Under the pieces are notes generated by a model. That model had not been told where the DNA came from and made no database searches. It worked only from the letters and a program-made list of their open reading frames with translations. The translations under genes were made by a program, and so were the position numbers. A DNA stretch of 54,995 nucleotides from an uncultured Steroidobacteraceae bacterium (GTDB lineage Bacteria > Chloroflexota > Limnocylindria > QHBO01): positions 1-54,995 of the forward strand of contig CAYVCE010000171.1 in assembly GCA_964449915.1 (NCBI GenBank). Direction: 5' to 3'. Shown piece after piece: positions 8,839 to 18,380 of this stretch (its first letter is position 1; each line of letters begins with the position of its first letter).

Positions 8839-11111
8839 GCGCGGGCCGCCGCGGCCTGCTGGCGCCGCCGCCGGCTGACTGCCGCGACCGCGGCGGCGAC
8901 GATCTGGTCGACTCCGACCAGGACGGCGGACGTCGCCGGGCCGAGCGGGACGAACGAGTCCACCGCCCGCACCGAGCCCAAGCGCCGCCCGATGCGCTGC
9001 TCGGCAAGGTCGGCCACGATCGCGTCCGCGACCCCGCCGCCGGTGGCGCGGCACTCGTCGACGACGACCACGGTTCCCACCTCGGCGGCATGTGCGCGGA
9101 TCGCCTCGGTGGGCAGTGGATTGAGCCAGCGCAGGTCGAGGATGCGGGCGCGCAGGTCGTGTGCCTCGGCGAGGCGCGCGGCCGCCTGCAGGCTCAGCCG
9201 CAGGCCGTTGGCGTAGCTGATCAGCAGGACGTCCGCATCCCCATCGGCCTGTCCGTGGATGCCCACTTCGCCCGGCAGCAGCGTCGCGGGTGGCGCGGGG
9301 TAGTCGATCAGCCAGCCGCCGTCGCCCTCGGTGTGGAGGTCCTTCTCGTGATAGAGCGCGATCGGCTCCAGGAAGACGACGATTCGACCGTCCTCGAGGG
9401 CCATGGCGATCGCGCCGCGCAGCATGCGCGCCGCGTCGTCCCCGCGCGCGGGCGCCGCGATGACGAGGCCGGGGATGTCGCGCAGCGCGCCGATCGCGTT
9501 GTCGTTGTGGAAATGGCCGCCGAAGCCCTTCTGGTAAGCCAGCCCCGGCACCCGGACGACCATCGGGTTGCGGAACTGGCCGGAGCTGAAGAACTGCACG
9601 CTGGCCGCCTCGCCGCGGATCTGGTCGAGGGCGTTGTGGAGATAGGCGAGGTACTGGATCTCGGGCACCGGCAGGAGGCCGATGTGGGCGGCGCCCTGCG
9701 CGATGCCCAGGATGCTGGTCTCGTCGAGAAGGGTATCGAAGACGCGGCCCAGCCCGAAGCGCTTCTGGAGCCCGTTCGTGACGCCGTAGACGCCGCCCTT
9801 GCGACCGACGTCCTCACCGAACAGGAACATCTCCGGCCGGCGCAGCAGCTCGTCGCCCAGCGCGGCGTTGAGCGACCCCGCCAGGGTGCGGCTGGTTGGC
9901 GCGACGGCCTCCTCCGGCAGCGGCGCGCCGAAAGATGCGAGCCGCTCTTCGCGGGTCGCGATCGGCGCCGCCGCGCGGACCGCCACGCGCTCGGGGTGGA
10001 ACGGCGCCATGGGGGCCACCACTTCCTCGGCCGTCTGCAGCCGCGGACGGCGGGCGGCCTCCTCGGCGACGGCCAGCACCCGGTCGCGCGTCTCGCGTAC
10101 GAGGTCGCGCAACATGTCGGGGTCGGCAGCCCCCGACTCCACGAGGCGCCTGGCGTTGCGCAGCAGCGGATCGCGGGCCTCGACCGCCTCGATCTCGGCA
10201 AGCGGTCGGTACGCCTGCTCGGCGTCGCTGCCGGCGTGGCCCCACAGGCGCACCGTGCGCAGGTGCAGGAAGGCCGGGCGCCGATGCTGTCGCACGTGGT
10301 CGATTGCGGTTCCGACGGCGTCCCAGACGTCCTCCAGCTCACCGTCGGCCTCGACGTACTCGAGGTGCTGCTGGTTGCCGAAGGTCGAGGCGATCCAGCC
10401 GTCCGGGGTCGGCACGCTGATCCCGGTCCCGTTGTCCTCGCAGATCAGCAGGAGCGGCATCGGCAGCCCGAGGCGCACGGCATACCGCGCGGTGTTGATG
10501 GCCGCAAGGGCGGACGCATGGTTCGCGCTCGCGTCACCGAACGAGCAGGCCACGATCGCATCGGGACGCAGGCCGTTGGCCACGCCGAGGCGCTTTGCCC
10601 GCGCGAGGCTGAAGGCGAGGCCCATGGCCTTCGGCAGGTGGCTCGCAATCGTGCTCGTCTGCGGCGGCACCCACAGGGCACGGCTGCCCCACACCTTGTG
10701 GCGTCCCTGGCTGATGGGATCCTCGCTGGACGCGACGACGCCGAGGAGCGTGTCGAGCACGGGCGTGCTGCCCGGCAGCTGACGCGCGCGGGCCAGCATG
10801 AAGCCACCGGACCGATAGTGCAGGAACGCGGGATCGTCGATCCGCAGCCGCGCCCCGACGACCGCGTTGTTCTCGTGGCCCGCCGAGCTGATGGTGTAAA
10901 AGCTGCGGTTCGTCCTCTTCAGCTCGCGGGCCGCGACGTCCAGCTGGCGGGACGCCAGCTGGTCCTCGAACAGGGCGAGCGCGGTCCCCGCCGTCAGCCC
11001 ACCGTCGCCGCGCAGCGGCTCTGACGGCCCGAGCCGAGAGGCGGCCGGCTGGGCGGTATCCAGATAGCTGTCGAGCTGTCGCTCGACGACGGCGACTCGG
11101 TCCCAGGTCAT
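8835..11111 (-). CDS. thiamine-diphosphate-dependent 2-oxoacid dehydrogenase E1 component, fused alpha+beta subunits
   Basis: TPP motif FGDASANH...LLLICEDNG in the N-half. Beta-subunit/transketolase-like half follows (FGEDVGRKGGVYGVT, GIAQGAAHIGLLPVPEIQY, RWLNPLP). ATG at 11111 (MTWDRV) preferred over 11150. Confidence 0.8.
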   Translation of the reverse strand: MTWDRVAVVERQLDSYLDTAQPAASRLGPSEPLRGDGGLTAGTALALFEDQLASRQLDVAARELKRTNRSFYTISSAGHENNAVVGARLRIDDPAFLHYRSGGFMLARARQLPGSTPVLDTLLGVVASSEDPISQGRHKVWGSRALWVPPQTSTIASHLPKAMGLAFSLARAKRLGVANGLRPDAIVACSFGDASANHASALAAINTARYAVRLGLPMPLLLICEDNGTGISVPTPDGWIASTFGNQQHLEYVEADGELEDVWDAVGTAIDHVRQHRRPAFLHLRTVRLWGHAGSDAEQAYRPLAEIEAVEARDPLLRNARRLVESGAADPDMLRDLVRETRDRVLAVAEEAARRPRLQTAEEVVAPMAPFHPERVAVRAAAPIATREERLASFGAPLPEEAVAPTSRTLAGSLNAALGDELLRRPEMFLFGEDVGRKGGVYGVTNGLQKRFGLGRVFDTLLDETSILGIAQGAAHIGLLPVPEIQYLAYLHNALDQIRGEAASVQFFSSGQFRNPMVVRVPGLAYQKGFGGHFHNDNAIGALRDIPGLVIAAPARGDDAARMLRGAIAMALEDGRIVVFLEPIALYHEKDLHTEGDGGWLIDYPAPPATLLPGEVGIHGQADGDADVLLISYANGLRLSLQAAARLAEAHDLRARILDLRWLNPLPTEAIRAHAAEVGTVVVVDECRATGGGVADAIVADLAEQRIGRRLGSVRAVDSFVPLGPATSAVLVGVDQIVAAAVAAVSRRRRQQAAAARA

Positions 11112-11177
11112 GCGATGGCGGCTGACTCGGCGGGTTCGGCGGGCGGGCACGCCATTGTAGCGCCGCCGCCCGGCGAA

Positions 11178-11303
11178 CTACCTCAGGCGCGGGAAGTCAC
11201 CTCCCCCGGTGACCGCTCCGACCACACCGGCCAGGAGGAGCTGGACGATGAGGGCGGCGATCGGGGACCAGAGCAGCGGGTTGCGAAGCGAGCGGCGGGA
11301 CAC
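11178..11303 (-). CDS. candidate 41-aa single-pass membrane peptide
   Basis: Not in the ORF track (too short). GTG at 11303 sits 6 nt after GGGAGG. Translation VSRRSLRNPLLWSPIAALIVQLLLAGVVGAVTGGGDFPRLR, high GC3, TAG stop. Lies directly upstream of the E1 cassette. Confidence 0.4.
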   Translation of the reverse strand: MSRRSLRNPLLWSPIAALIVQLLLAGVVGAVTGGGDFPRLR

Positions 11304-11384
11304 GACGAACCTCCCGGGTGCGACCTGCGGTCGCGCGTGCGCAGCCCGCCGCGCGAGGCGCAGGTGCCCATGGGACCCGATCGG

Positions 11385-11414
11385 CGATTACCGGCCGCTT
11401 ACCACTCGCTTACC
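11385..11414 (-). promoter_or_regulatory. phased direct-repeat site A (GGTAAGCG agt GGTAAGCG gcc GGTAATCG)
   Basis: Three 8-mers with exact 11-bp spacing on the minus strand, in the gap between the EamA stop and the small ORF/E1 cassette. Confidence 0.4.
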
Positions 11415-11431
11415 GGGCCGCCGTGGCGCGC

Positions 11432-12265
11432 TCACCCGCCGGCCGAGATCAGGACGATGCCGAGCAGGGCGAGGGCGACGCCGAGCTGGCCGAGCCTGGA
11501 CAGCCGCTCGCCGAGAAGGACGCGGGCCAGCAGCATGGTCACGATCGGGTAGAGGCCGACGAGCGCCGCGGCCAGGCCGATCGGAATCTGGTCGCGCGCA
11601 ACGACGTAGAGCGCGTTGCCCGCCACGTCGCACAGGCCGGCGGCGACGACGACGCGGGCCGGGAAGCGCGCACGCTCGAAGCGGCGCGCGGCGAGGGCGG
11701 CCGCGATGGTGGCCGACGTCCCGCGGCTCAGGACCAGCGCCCACAGCGGATCGCCGGCGCGAGCCGCCGCGTCGAGGAGCACGTACCACGTTCCGAAGCC
11801 GAGCGCCGCGAGGGCTGCCATCCCCAGCGCCCGCCGGCCGAGGTCGTCCCGTGACGCCCCGCCCGCCGCCGCCGCCGCACCCGCAGCGCAGGCCACCCCG
11901 AGCAGCTGGGCCGGCGCGACCTGCGCGCCGAGGATGGCGCCGGCGACGAGCGGGATCGCCAGCGAGCCGGCGCCTGCCAGGGATGTGACGATGCCCATGC
12001 TGCCGAGCGACATGCCGCGGTACAGGGCGGCCAGGCCGACCAGGCCCGCGATGCCGGCCGCCACTGCGAGCAGGGCGGCGTCAACGCCGGGCAGCGGCGG
12101 GCGCACGACGATCACCCCGACAAGGAGCGCGATGAACCCGGCGACATGCGCGCCGGCAACCACCACCAGCGCACCGGCACGCCGTGAGGCAAGCGCTCCG
12201 GCAAAGTCCCCGGCACCGAACGCGAGCGCCGAGAGCACGCCGGCCGCGACTCCGGAGGGTGGCAT
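11432..12265 (-). CDS. EamA/DMT-family transporter
   Basis: 277 aa, about 10 hydrophobic helices with a duplicated EamA-like layout. It is the C-terminal part of the spurious 705-aa track ORF; ATG at 12265. Confidence 0.8.
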   Translation of the reverse strand: MPPSGVAAGVLSALAFGAGDFAGALASRRAGALVVVAGAHVAGFIALLVGVIVVRPPLPGVDAALLAVAAGIAGLVGLAALYRGMSLGSMGIVTSLAGAGSLAIPLVAGAILGAQVAPAQLLGVACAAGAAAAAGGASRDDLGRRALGMAALAALGFGTWYVLLDAAARAGDPLWALVLSRGTSATIAAALAARRFERARFPARVVVAAGLCDVAGNALYVVARDQIPIGLAAALVGLYPIVTMLLARVLLGERLSRLGQLGVALALLGIVLISAGG

Positions 12266-12389
12266 GACAGCGGACTCTAGCGCAGGCCGCTGTCGCCTGG
12301 AGGAGCCCTGAATCGAGACCGCATGCCCTCGCCAAGCACCGATCCCGTCGCGCGGCAGGCCACTCGATGTCGGAATTCGCAGATCGCCC

Positions 12390-12419
12390 TTGACACTCGA
12401 ACCGCCCAAACCGGATAGT
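12390..12419 (+). promoter_or_regulatory. candidate promoter of the polyamine-type ABC operon
   Basis: TTGACA (12390-12395), an 18-nt spacer, then GATAGT (12414-12419), about 100 nt upstream of the ATG at 12524. Confidence 0.3.
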
Positions 12420-12523
12420 GCGCGGATTCCGACGACGCGCGGGATGCCGGCGGCCAGGCCATCGGCTCCGGGTCGTTGCAGCTGGACGAGGTGCCGGTGG
12501 CGGTCGAGCCGAGGGGCCATGCC

Positions 12524-13606
12524 ATGGACGCGACGCGTGGTGACGTGGTCCCCGCCGTGCGCTTGGAGCACCTGGTCAAGCGGTTCGGGGACGTCGTCGC
12601 GGTGGCCGGCGTCGACCTCGACATCGCCGACGGCGAGTTCTTCAGCATGCTGGGCCCGTCGGGCTCGGGGAAGACCTCGACGCTGCGCATGATCGCCGGC
12701 TTCGAAGTGCCGACCGAGGGCAGGGTGCTGCTCCACGGGGAGGACGTGACGGGCGTGCCGCCCTTCGACCGCGACGTCAATACCGTCTTCCAGGACTATG
12801 CCCTGTTTCCGCACATGAACGTCGGCGACAACGTCGCGTATGGGCTCGTCGTGCGGCGCGTCGCCGCAGCGGAGCGCCGCGACCGCGTGCGCGAGGCGAT
12901 GCGGATGGTTCGGCTCGAGGGCTACGAGGCCCGCAAGCCGGCCCAGCTCTCCGGCGGACAGCGTCAGCGGGTTGCCCTGGCACGTGCCCTCGTCAATCGG
13001 CCGCGAGTGCTGCTCCTCGACGAGCCACTCGGGGCGCTCGACCTGAAGCTGCGCGAGGAGATGCAGATCGAGCTGAAGGCCATCCAGGTCCAGGTGGGAG
13101 TCACGTTCGTGTACGTGACCCACGACCAGGAAGAGGCGCTCACCATGAGCGACCGCATCGCCGTCTTCAACCTCGGCCGCATCGAACAGGTCGGCACTCC
13201 CGCGGAGATCTACGAGTTTCCGGCCACCACCTTCGTGGCGGGCTTCGTCGGGACCTCGAACCTGCTGGTCGGCGAGACGGCGCGCGTCGTCATCGGTGCC
13301 GATGGGGTCTTCACCGTCAGGCCTGAAAAGATCCGGATCGCCGATCCGGCCGAGACCCCGGGCGACGACGAGGCATCCGCGCTCGGTCGCATCCGGGAGG
13401 TCGTGTACATCGGGCCCGACACGCGGTACATCGTGGCTCTCGAGACGGGCAGTGAGCTCGTCGTCACCCAGCAGAACCTGCAGACATCGTCGATGGAGGC
13501 GCTCTCCGCGCAAGGCCGGGCCGTGCGGCTCGTCTGGAAGCGTCGACACGTGCTGAGCCTTGCAACCAGCCAGGACATGGGGGCACCGGAGGAAGAACTT
13601 ACATGA
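12524..13606 (+). CDS. potA: ABC transporter ATP-binding protein, spermidine/putrescine (PotA)-type
   Basis: Walker A GPSGSGKTS, Q-loop, signature LSGGQRQRVALARAL, Walker B LLLDEPLGALD, C-terminal TOBE-like domain. Confidence 0.85.
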   Translation: MDATRGDVVPAVRLEHLVKRFGDVVAVAGVDLDIADGEFFSMLGPSGSGKTSTLRMIAGFEVPTEGRVLLHGEDVTGVPPFDRDVNTVFQDYALFPHMNVGDNVAYGLVVRRVAAAERRDRVREAMRMVRLEGYEARKPAQLSGGQRQRVALARALVNRPRVLLLDEPLGALDLKLREEMQIELKAIQVQVGVTFVYVTHDQEEALTMSDRIAVFNLGRIEQVGTPAEIYEFPATTFVAGFVGTSNLLVGETARVVIGADGVFTVRPEKIRIADPAETPGDDEASALGRIREVVYIGPDTRYIVALETGSELVVTQQNLQTSSMEALSAQGRAVRLVWKRRHVLSLATSQDMGAPEEELT

Positions 13607-14769
13607 GACACCTGCGCGTTCCAGCCGTCATGGCCGTGCTCCTGGTGCTGCTCGCGTCGTGCGGCGGCCAGGGATCCGGCGCGATGCTCGAGGAGCTCGG
13701 TGAAGGTGAAGGCGAGCTGAATCTCGTCATCTGGGCCGGCTATGCCGAGGACGGATCCGCCTACCCCGAGTTCGACTGGGTGACCCCCTTTGAAGAGGAG
13801 ACCGGCTGCATCGTCAACGCCACCCCGCAGGCCGACTCCGCGGCCGGGGTACAGCTGCTCCGCTCCGGCGAATATGACGGCGGCTCGTTCTCGGGCAACG
13901 CCACCGATCGACTGATGGCTGCCGGGGACGTGGCGCCGGTGAACGTCGACCTGCTCCCCAACTACGCCAACGTGTTCGAGGGCCTGAAGAACCAGGCGCA
14001 CAACTCGCTGGACGGTGTCCCGTACGGCGTGCCGCACGGACGCGGACCGAACCTCTTGATCTGGAACACCGACGAGGTCGAGCCCCAGACGACATGGGAT
14101 GGGATCTGGGAGAACGCCGGCGACTACGAGGGCCAGCTCAGCATCTTCGACTCGCAGGACTTCATCGCCGATGCCGCCCTGCACCTGATGGCCACCCAGG
14201 AGGACCTGGGCATCACCAACCCGTATCAGCTCAACCAGGAGCAGTTTGATGCGGCCATCGCGCTCCTCGAGGAGCAGTTCACGCATGGGCCGCAGTTCTG
14301 GTCGGGGGCGACCTTCACGGAGCAGATCACGGCCTTTGCCGCGGGCGACGTGACCATCGGGACGACCTGGCAGTTTCAGGTCAACTCCCTGGTGCTGGAG
14401 GAAGCTCCTGTCGAGGCAATCAAGCCGGGCGAGGGAACGACGGGGTGGTCCGACACCTGGATGATTGCTTCGGAGGCGGCGCACCCGAACTGCATGTACC
14501 TGTGGATGGACCACATGATGTCGGCCGAGGCCAACGGACAGGCCACGGTGTACTTTGGCGAGGCGCCGACCAGCCAGGAAGCCTGCGACTACGCGGAAAC
14601 GATCGCGCCGGGCCACTGCGAGCTGACGCATGCGACCGACGAGTCGTACTGGGGAGACATCTGGTACTGGAGCACCGCCCGCGAGGACTGCGGCGACGAC
14701 GACGCAGACACCACCTGCGTGGACTACGACGCGTGGGTCGAGGCCTGGACCACCCTTCGGGGTGGCTGA
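13603..14769 (+). CDS. ABC transporter substrate-binding lipoprotein (PotD/PotF-like)
   Basis: Lipobox LLASCGG. Family-1 solute-binding fold pattern. ATGA overlap with the ATPase gene at 13603-13606. Confidence 0.8.
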   Translation: MRHLRVPAVMAVLLVLLASCGGQGSGAMLEELGEGEGELNLVIWAGYAEDGSAYPEFDWVTPFEEETGCIVNATPQADSAAGVQLLRSGEYDGGSFSGNATDRLMAAGDVAPVNVDLLPNYANVFEGLKNQAHNSLDGVPYGVPHGRGPNLLIWNTDEVEPQTTWDGIWENAGDYEGQLSIFDSQDFIADAALHLMATQEDLGITNPYQLNQEQFDAAIALLEEQFTHGPQFWSGATFTEQITAFAAGDVTIGTTWQFQVNSLVLEEAPVEAIKPGEGTTGWSDTWMIASEAAHPNCMYLWMDHMMSAEANGQATVYFGEAPTSQEACDYAETIAPGHCELTHATDESYWGDIWYWSTAREDCGDDDADTTCVDYDAWVEAWTTLRGG

Positions 14770-14840
14770 GCTGCCACCCTACGGTAGGGACTGACCTGAA
14801 GCTCCCCGGGGTCCAACCCCGGGGAGCCTCGTCGTGACCG

Positions 14841-15749
14841 ATGACCACCGATACGCCAACCGCGCGGGCGACGGCTGTGCCGAGCCGTGCCAGGAGGCTG
14901 GCCACGTGGCTGCACACCCGGCGGCGTACCCAGCTTCGGCTGCTGCTGGCGGCACCCCTGCTGTGGCTCGTCGTCGTCTACCTCGGGTCGCTGGCGATCC
15001 TGCTGCTGAACGCGTTCTGGACCAGCGATCCGTTCACCGGCAAGGTCAACCCCTTCGATTGGTCGCTTGACGCGTTCGTCCAGATCTTCAACAACGACGT
15101 CTACCGGACGATCGCGATCAGGACCTTCGGCATGGCCGTTCTCGTCACCCTCACAGATGCGCTGCTTGCCTTCCCGATCGCGTACTACATGGCCCGGGTC
15201 GCCAGCCCTCGGGTACGTGGCCTGTTGGTGGTGGCCGTCCTCATGCCCCTGTGGGCGTCGTACCTCGTCAAGATCTTCGCCTGGCGGACGATCCTGCAGG
15301 GCAACGGGGTCCTCTCGTGGGTCCTGTCCCCGATCGGCGTCGCCGGCCCGGGCACCGACGAGCTCGTGAGTTCCTGGCTCGTCTTCAGCTACCTCTGGCT
15401 GCCGTACATGATCCTTCCCATCTACGCCGGGCTGGAACGCGTGCCGAACTCGCTGCTGGAGGCGTCGGCCGATCTCGGCGCGCAGGCCGGCACGACGTTT
15501 CGACGCGTGGTTCTGCCGCTGGTCGTTCCGTCCCTGGTGGCCGGATCGATCTTCACCTTCTCGCTGACGCTCGGCGACTACATCGTTCCCGACCTGGTCA
15601 GCGACGCGAAATTCATCGGTAACGTGATCTACGACAACTCCTCGCTGGGCGCCTTCCCGGTCGCGGCGGCGTACTCGATCCTGCCGATCATCATCATCGT
15701 CGGCTACCTCGTCATCGCCCGGCGCCTCGGCGCCTTCGAGTCGCTGTGA
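14841..15749 (+). CDS. ABC transporter permease (PotB-like)
   Basis: 302 aa, six hydrophobic helices, EAA-type loop LEASADLGAQAGTTFRRVVLP. Confidence 0.85.
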   Translation: MTTDTPTARATAVPSRARRLATWLHTRRRTQLRLLLAAPLLWLVVVYLGSLAILLLNAFWTSDPFTGKVNPFDWSLDAFVQIFNNDVYRTIAIRTFGMAVLVTLTDALLAFPIAYYMARVASPRVRGLLVVAVLMPLWASYLVKIFAWRTILQGNGVLSWVLSPIGVAGPGTDELVSSWLVFSYLWLPYMILPIYAGLERVPNSLLEASADLGAQAGTTFRRVVLPLVVPSLVAGSIFTFSLTLGDYIVPDLVSDAKFIGNVIYDNSSLGAFPVAAAYSILPIIIIVGYLVIARRLGAFESL

Positions 15750-15761
15750 TGGCGGCGATCC

Positions 15762-16565
15762 GTGGTTGAGTCCGCGTTTGTCCGCGTCGCCCTGCGCATC
15801 GCGACCTGGCTCATCCTCGCGTTCCTGTACCTGCCGCTCATCATCCTGGCGATCTTCGCCTTCAACGAGAGCCGGTTCATGGCCTGGCCGCCTCCGGGCT
15901 TCACCCTCCACTGGTTCGGCGAAGCGCTCGGCAACCCGGCCATCCCGCGGGCGTTCCTGAACTCCATCGTGGCCGCGCTGGCCGCGGTGGCGATTGCCCT
16001 GGTCCTCGGCACGCTGGCGGCAATGGCGGTGCAGCGCTTCTCCTTCTTCGGCCGGGATTCGATCAACTTTCTGCTGGTGCTGCCGATCGCGTTGCCGGGC
16101 GTGATCACCGGCATCGCCCTGAGCACGACGTTCCAGACCTTCGGGGTCGAATTCAGCCTGATGACGATCGTCATAGGCCACGCCACGTTCTGCATCGTGA
16201 TCGCCTATAACAACGTCATCGCCCGCCTGCGCCGTCTCCCGCGGTCACCGGAAGAGGCCTCCGCCGACCTGGGCGCGGATACCTGGATCACGTTCCGCAA
16301 GATCACCATGCCCGGCATGCGGACGGCGCTGCTCTCCGGTGGGCTTCTCGCCTTCGCGCTCTCGTTCGACGAGATCATCGTCACCCTCTTCACGTCCGGC
16401 GCCGGCACGCAGACCATCCCGGTCTGGATCCTGTCGGCGATGCAGCGACCGACCGAGCTGCCGGTCGTCAACGTCGTCGCCCTCGTATTGATCCTGCTCT
16501 CCACCATCCCGGTGTACCTGGCCCAGCGGATCAGCGCCGACGCCGGAGGTGGGGGTCGGGTCTGA
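15762..16565 (+). CDS. ABC transporter permease (PotC-like)
   Basis: 267 aa, EAA-type loop EEASADLGADTWITFRKITMP. Confidence 0.85.
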   Translation: MVESAFVRVALRIATWLILAFLYLPLIILAIFAFNESRFMAWPPPGFTLHWFGEALGNPAIPRAFLNSIVAALAAVAIALVLGTLAAMAVQRFSFFGRDSINFLLVLPIALPGVITGIALSTTFQTFGVEFSLMTIVIGHATFCIVIAYNNVIARLRRLPRSPEEASADLGADTWITFRKITMPGMRTALLSGGLLAFALSFDEIIVTLFTSGAGTQTIPVWILSAMQRPTELPVVNVVALVLILLSTIPVYLAQRISADAGGGGRV

Positions 16566-16655
16566 CCCGATGGGGCATCGGCACCGTTTGCGGCGGCGCG
16601 CTACGCTTCGCGCACAGACCGGCCGCCGAGCGCCGGTACATCGGGGAGGATCCGC

Positions 16656-18380
16656 GTGCCCGCACCGGTCCGATCGGCCGTCATCGCTGTCGTCGGCATA
16701 CTCGCCATCGCGATCGGCGTGGCCGCCGCAGGCTTCATGATCGCCCAGCGCACTGCCGGCGTCGGCGGTGGCGCGGCATACGTGCCTGCGGACGCACCCT
16801 TCTATCTCGAGCTTCGGATCGAGCCATCCGCGGCGCAGGATGCTGCGCTGCGCGAGCTCCTCGGCCACTTCCCGGCGATCGAGGGGGTCGACCTCGGGCA
16901 GCCCCTCCACGCGCAGCTGACCGAGCAGCTCGACGAGATGCTGCTGGCCGAGGGTACCGAGCTCAGCTGGGCCGACGACGTCGCGCCCTGGTTCGATGGG
17001 CACGCGGCGTTCGCGCTCACCGAGCTTCCCGAGCCGGGTGGCGACCCGACCGGGGTGCCGCCGGTGCCGCCGTTCGTCGTCCTGCTGGGTGTGACCGATC
17101 GCGTCGCTGCCGACGCAGCCATCGACCGCATCCTCGTCGAGGCCGGTCAGGACGCGCCGTCCTTCACCGAGACCGAGCATCGCGGCGTCACGATCCGGAC
17201 CGCGGAGGGCGGCACGGAAGGGGGCGCCTACGCCCTCACCGACGATCAGCTCCTGTTCGCCCCGGACGCGGACGCCATTCGCGCGGCGCTCGACGCGCAC
17301 GCGGACGGCACCGGCACCATGGCCGGGCTGACCGACATCACTCGGCTCACCGGGCAGCTGCCCGACGACTGGCTCGCGTTCGTCAGCTACGACGTGACCG
17401 GCCTCATGGCGCACGCGTTCAGCGAGGCGGGGACCGCCGAGCCCGAGATCGCGGCCGCCCTCGAATCGCTGATGGCGCACCAGTCGCTGCGGGGCGCGAT
17501 GGCCGTGTCCGCGGCCGGCGATCGGCTGATCCTCGACGCGGCCAGCGATCCGCCGACCGGCCCCTTCGCCGTCGCGAACGTGGATCGCGGGCTGGCCGAC
17601 GAGGTGCCGTCCGACACGCTCTACTACAGCGATGCCGGCAACGTCGGCGCCGCGCTGGCGGCGGTGATCGGGCCGATCAAGCAGGCGGCCGCGGCCGCGC
17701 CCGAAGGATCGGAGCAGCCGCGGGTCGCCGAAGCGGCGCTCGGCGCCGACCTCGAGGAGCTGGTGAGCTGGATCGATGACGCGGCCATCGCCATCGGCTA
17801 CGACGGCGACGAGCCATACGGCGGCCTGGTCCTGGTTCCCAACGACCCGGACGCAGCGCGGCGACGGCTGGACCAGATCGGGTCGTTCGCCGCACTCGGA
17901 GCCCTCGACCCCTCGAGCGGCATCAGCGTCGAGGAGCGAGAGGTCGCCGGCGTGACGGTCACCACGATCCGCTGGGACGCGCCGGACGAGATGGTCGTCA
18001 TGACGCTGCCGACGGCGGGCGCAATCAGCGTCGAGTACGCGGTCACCGACGACCGCGCGCTGATCGGCATCGGCGACGCGTTCGTGGGTCGCGTGCTTGA
18101 GCTGGACGCATCCGATGCGCTGGCATCCCAGCCGCGCTACGCCGATGCGGTGGCAGGGCTGGGCGGGGCCGAGAATGCCGGCGTGACCTGGCTCGACCTG
18201 GCGGGCGCCCGCGAGGCGATCGAGGACGCGCTCGGACCGTTGCTCGGATCGGTCGAAGGCGGCGGTGACGCCTACGAGGTCGAGGTGCGGCCGTGGCTGC
18301 TGCCGCTGGATCGCATCGTCAGCGTCAGCCGCCTGGAAGGCGACGTGCTCGTCCAACGCGCCGCGCTCCTGGTCGAGTGA
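16656..18380 (+). CDS. membrane-anchored secreted protein, DUF3352-like
   Basis: GTG start after GGGGAGGA. N-terminal TM helix (AVIAVVGILAIAIGVAAAGFMI) followed by a 540-aa acidic Ala/Asp/Leu-rich ectodomain. The family name is recalled from general appearance only. Confidence 0.55.
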   Translation: MPAPVRSAVIAVVGILAIAIGVAAAGFMIAQRTAGVGGGAAYVPADAPFYLELRIEPSAAQDAALRELLGHFPAIEGVDLGQPLHAQLTEQLDEMLLAEGTELSWADDVAPWFDGHAAFALTELPEPGGDPTGVPPVPPFVVLLGVTDRVAADAAIDRILVEAGQDAPSFTETEHRGVTIRTAEGGTEGGAYALTDDQLLFAPDADAIRAALDAHADGTGTMAGLTDITRLTGQLPDDWLAFVSYDVTGLMAHAFSEAGTAEPEIAAALESLMAHQSLRGAMAVSAAGDRLILDAASDPPTGPFAVANVDRGLADEVPSDTLYYSDAGNVGAALAAVIGPIKQAAAAAPEGSEQPRVAEAALGADLEELVSWIDDAAIAIGYDGDEPYGGLVLVPNDPDAARRRLDQIGSFAALGALDPSSGISVEEREVAGVTVTTIRWDAPDEMVVMTLPTAGAISVEYAVTDDRALIGIGDAFVGRVLELDASDALASQPRYADAVAGLGGAENAGVTWLDLAGAREAIEDALGPLLGSVEGGGDAYEVEVRPWLLPLDRIVSVSRLEGDVLVQRAALLVE

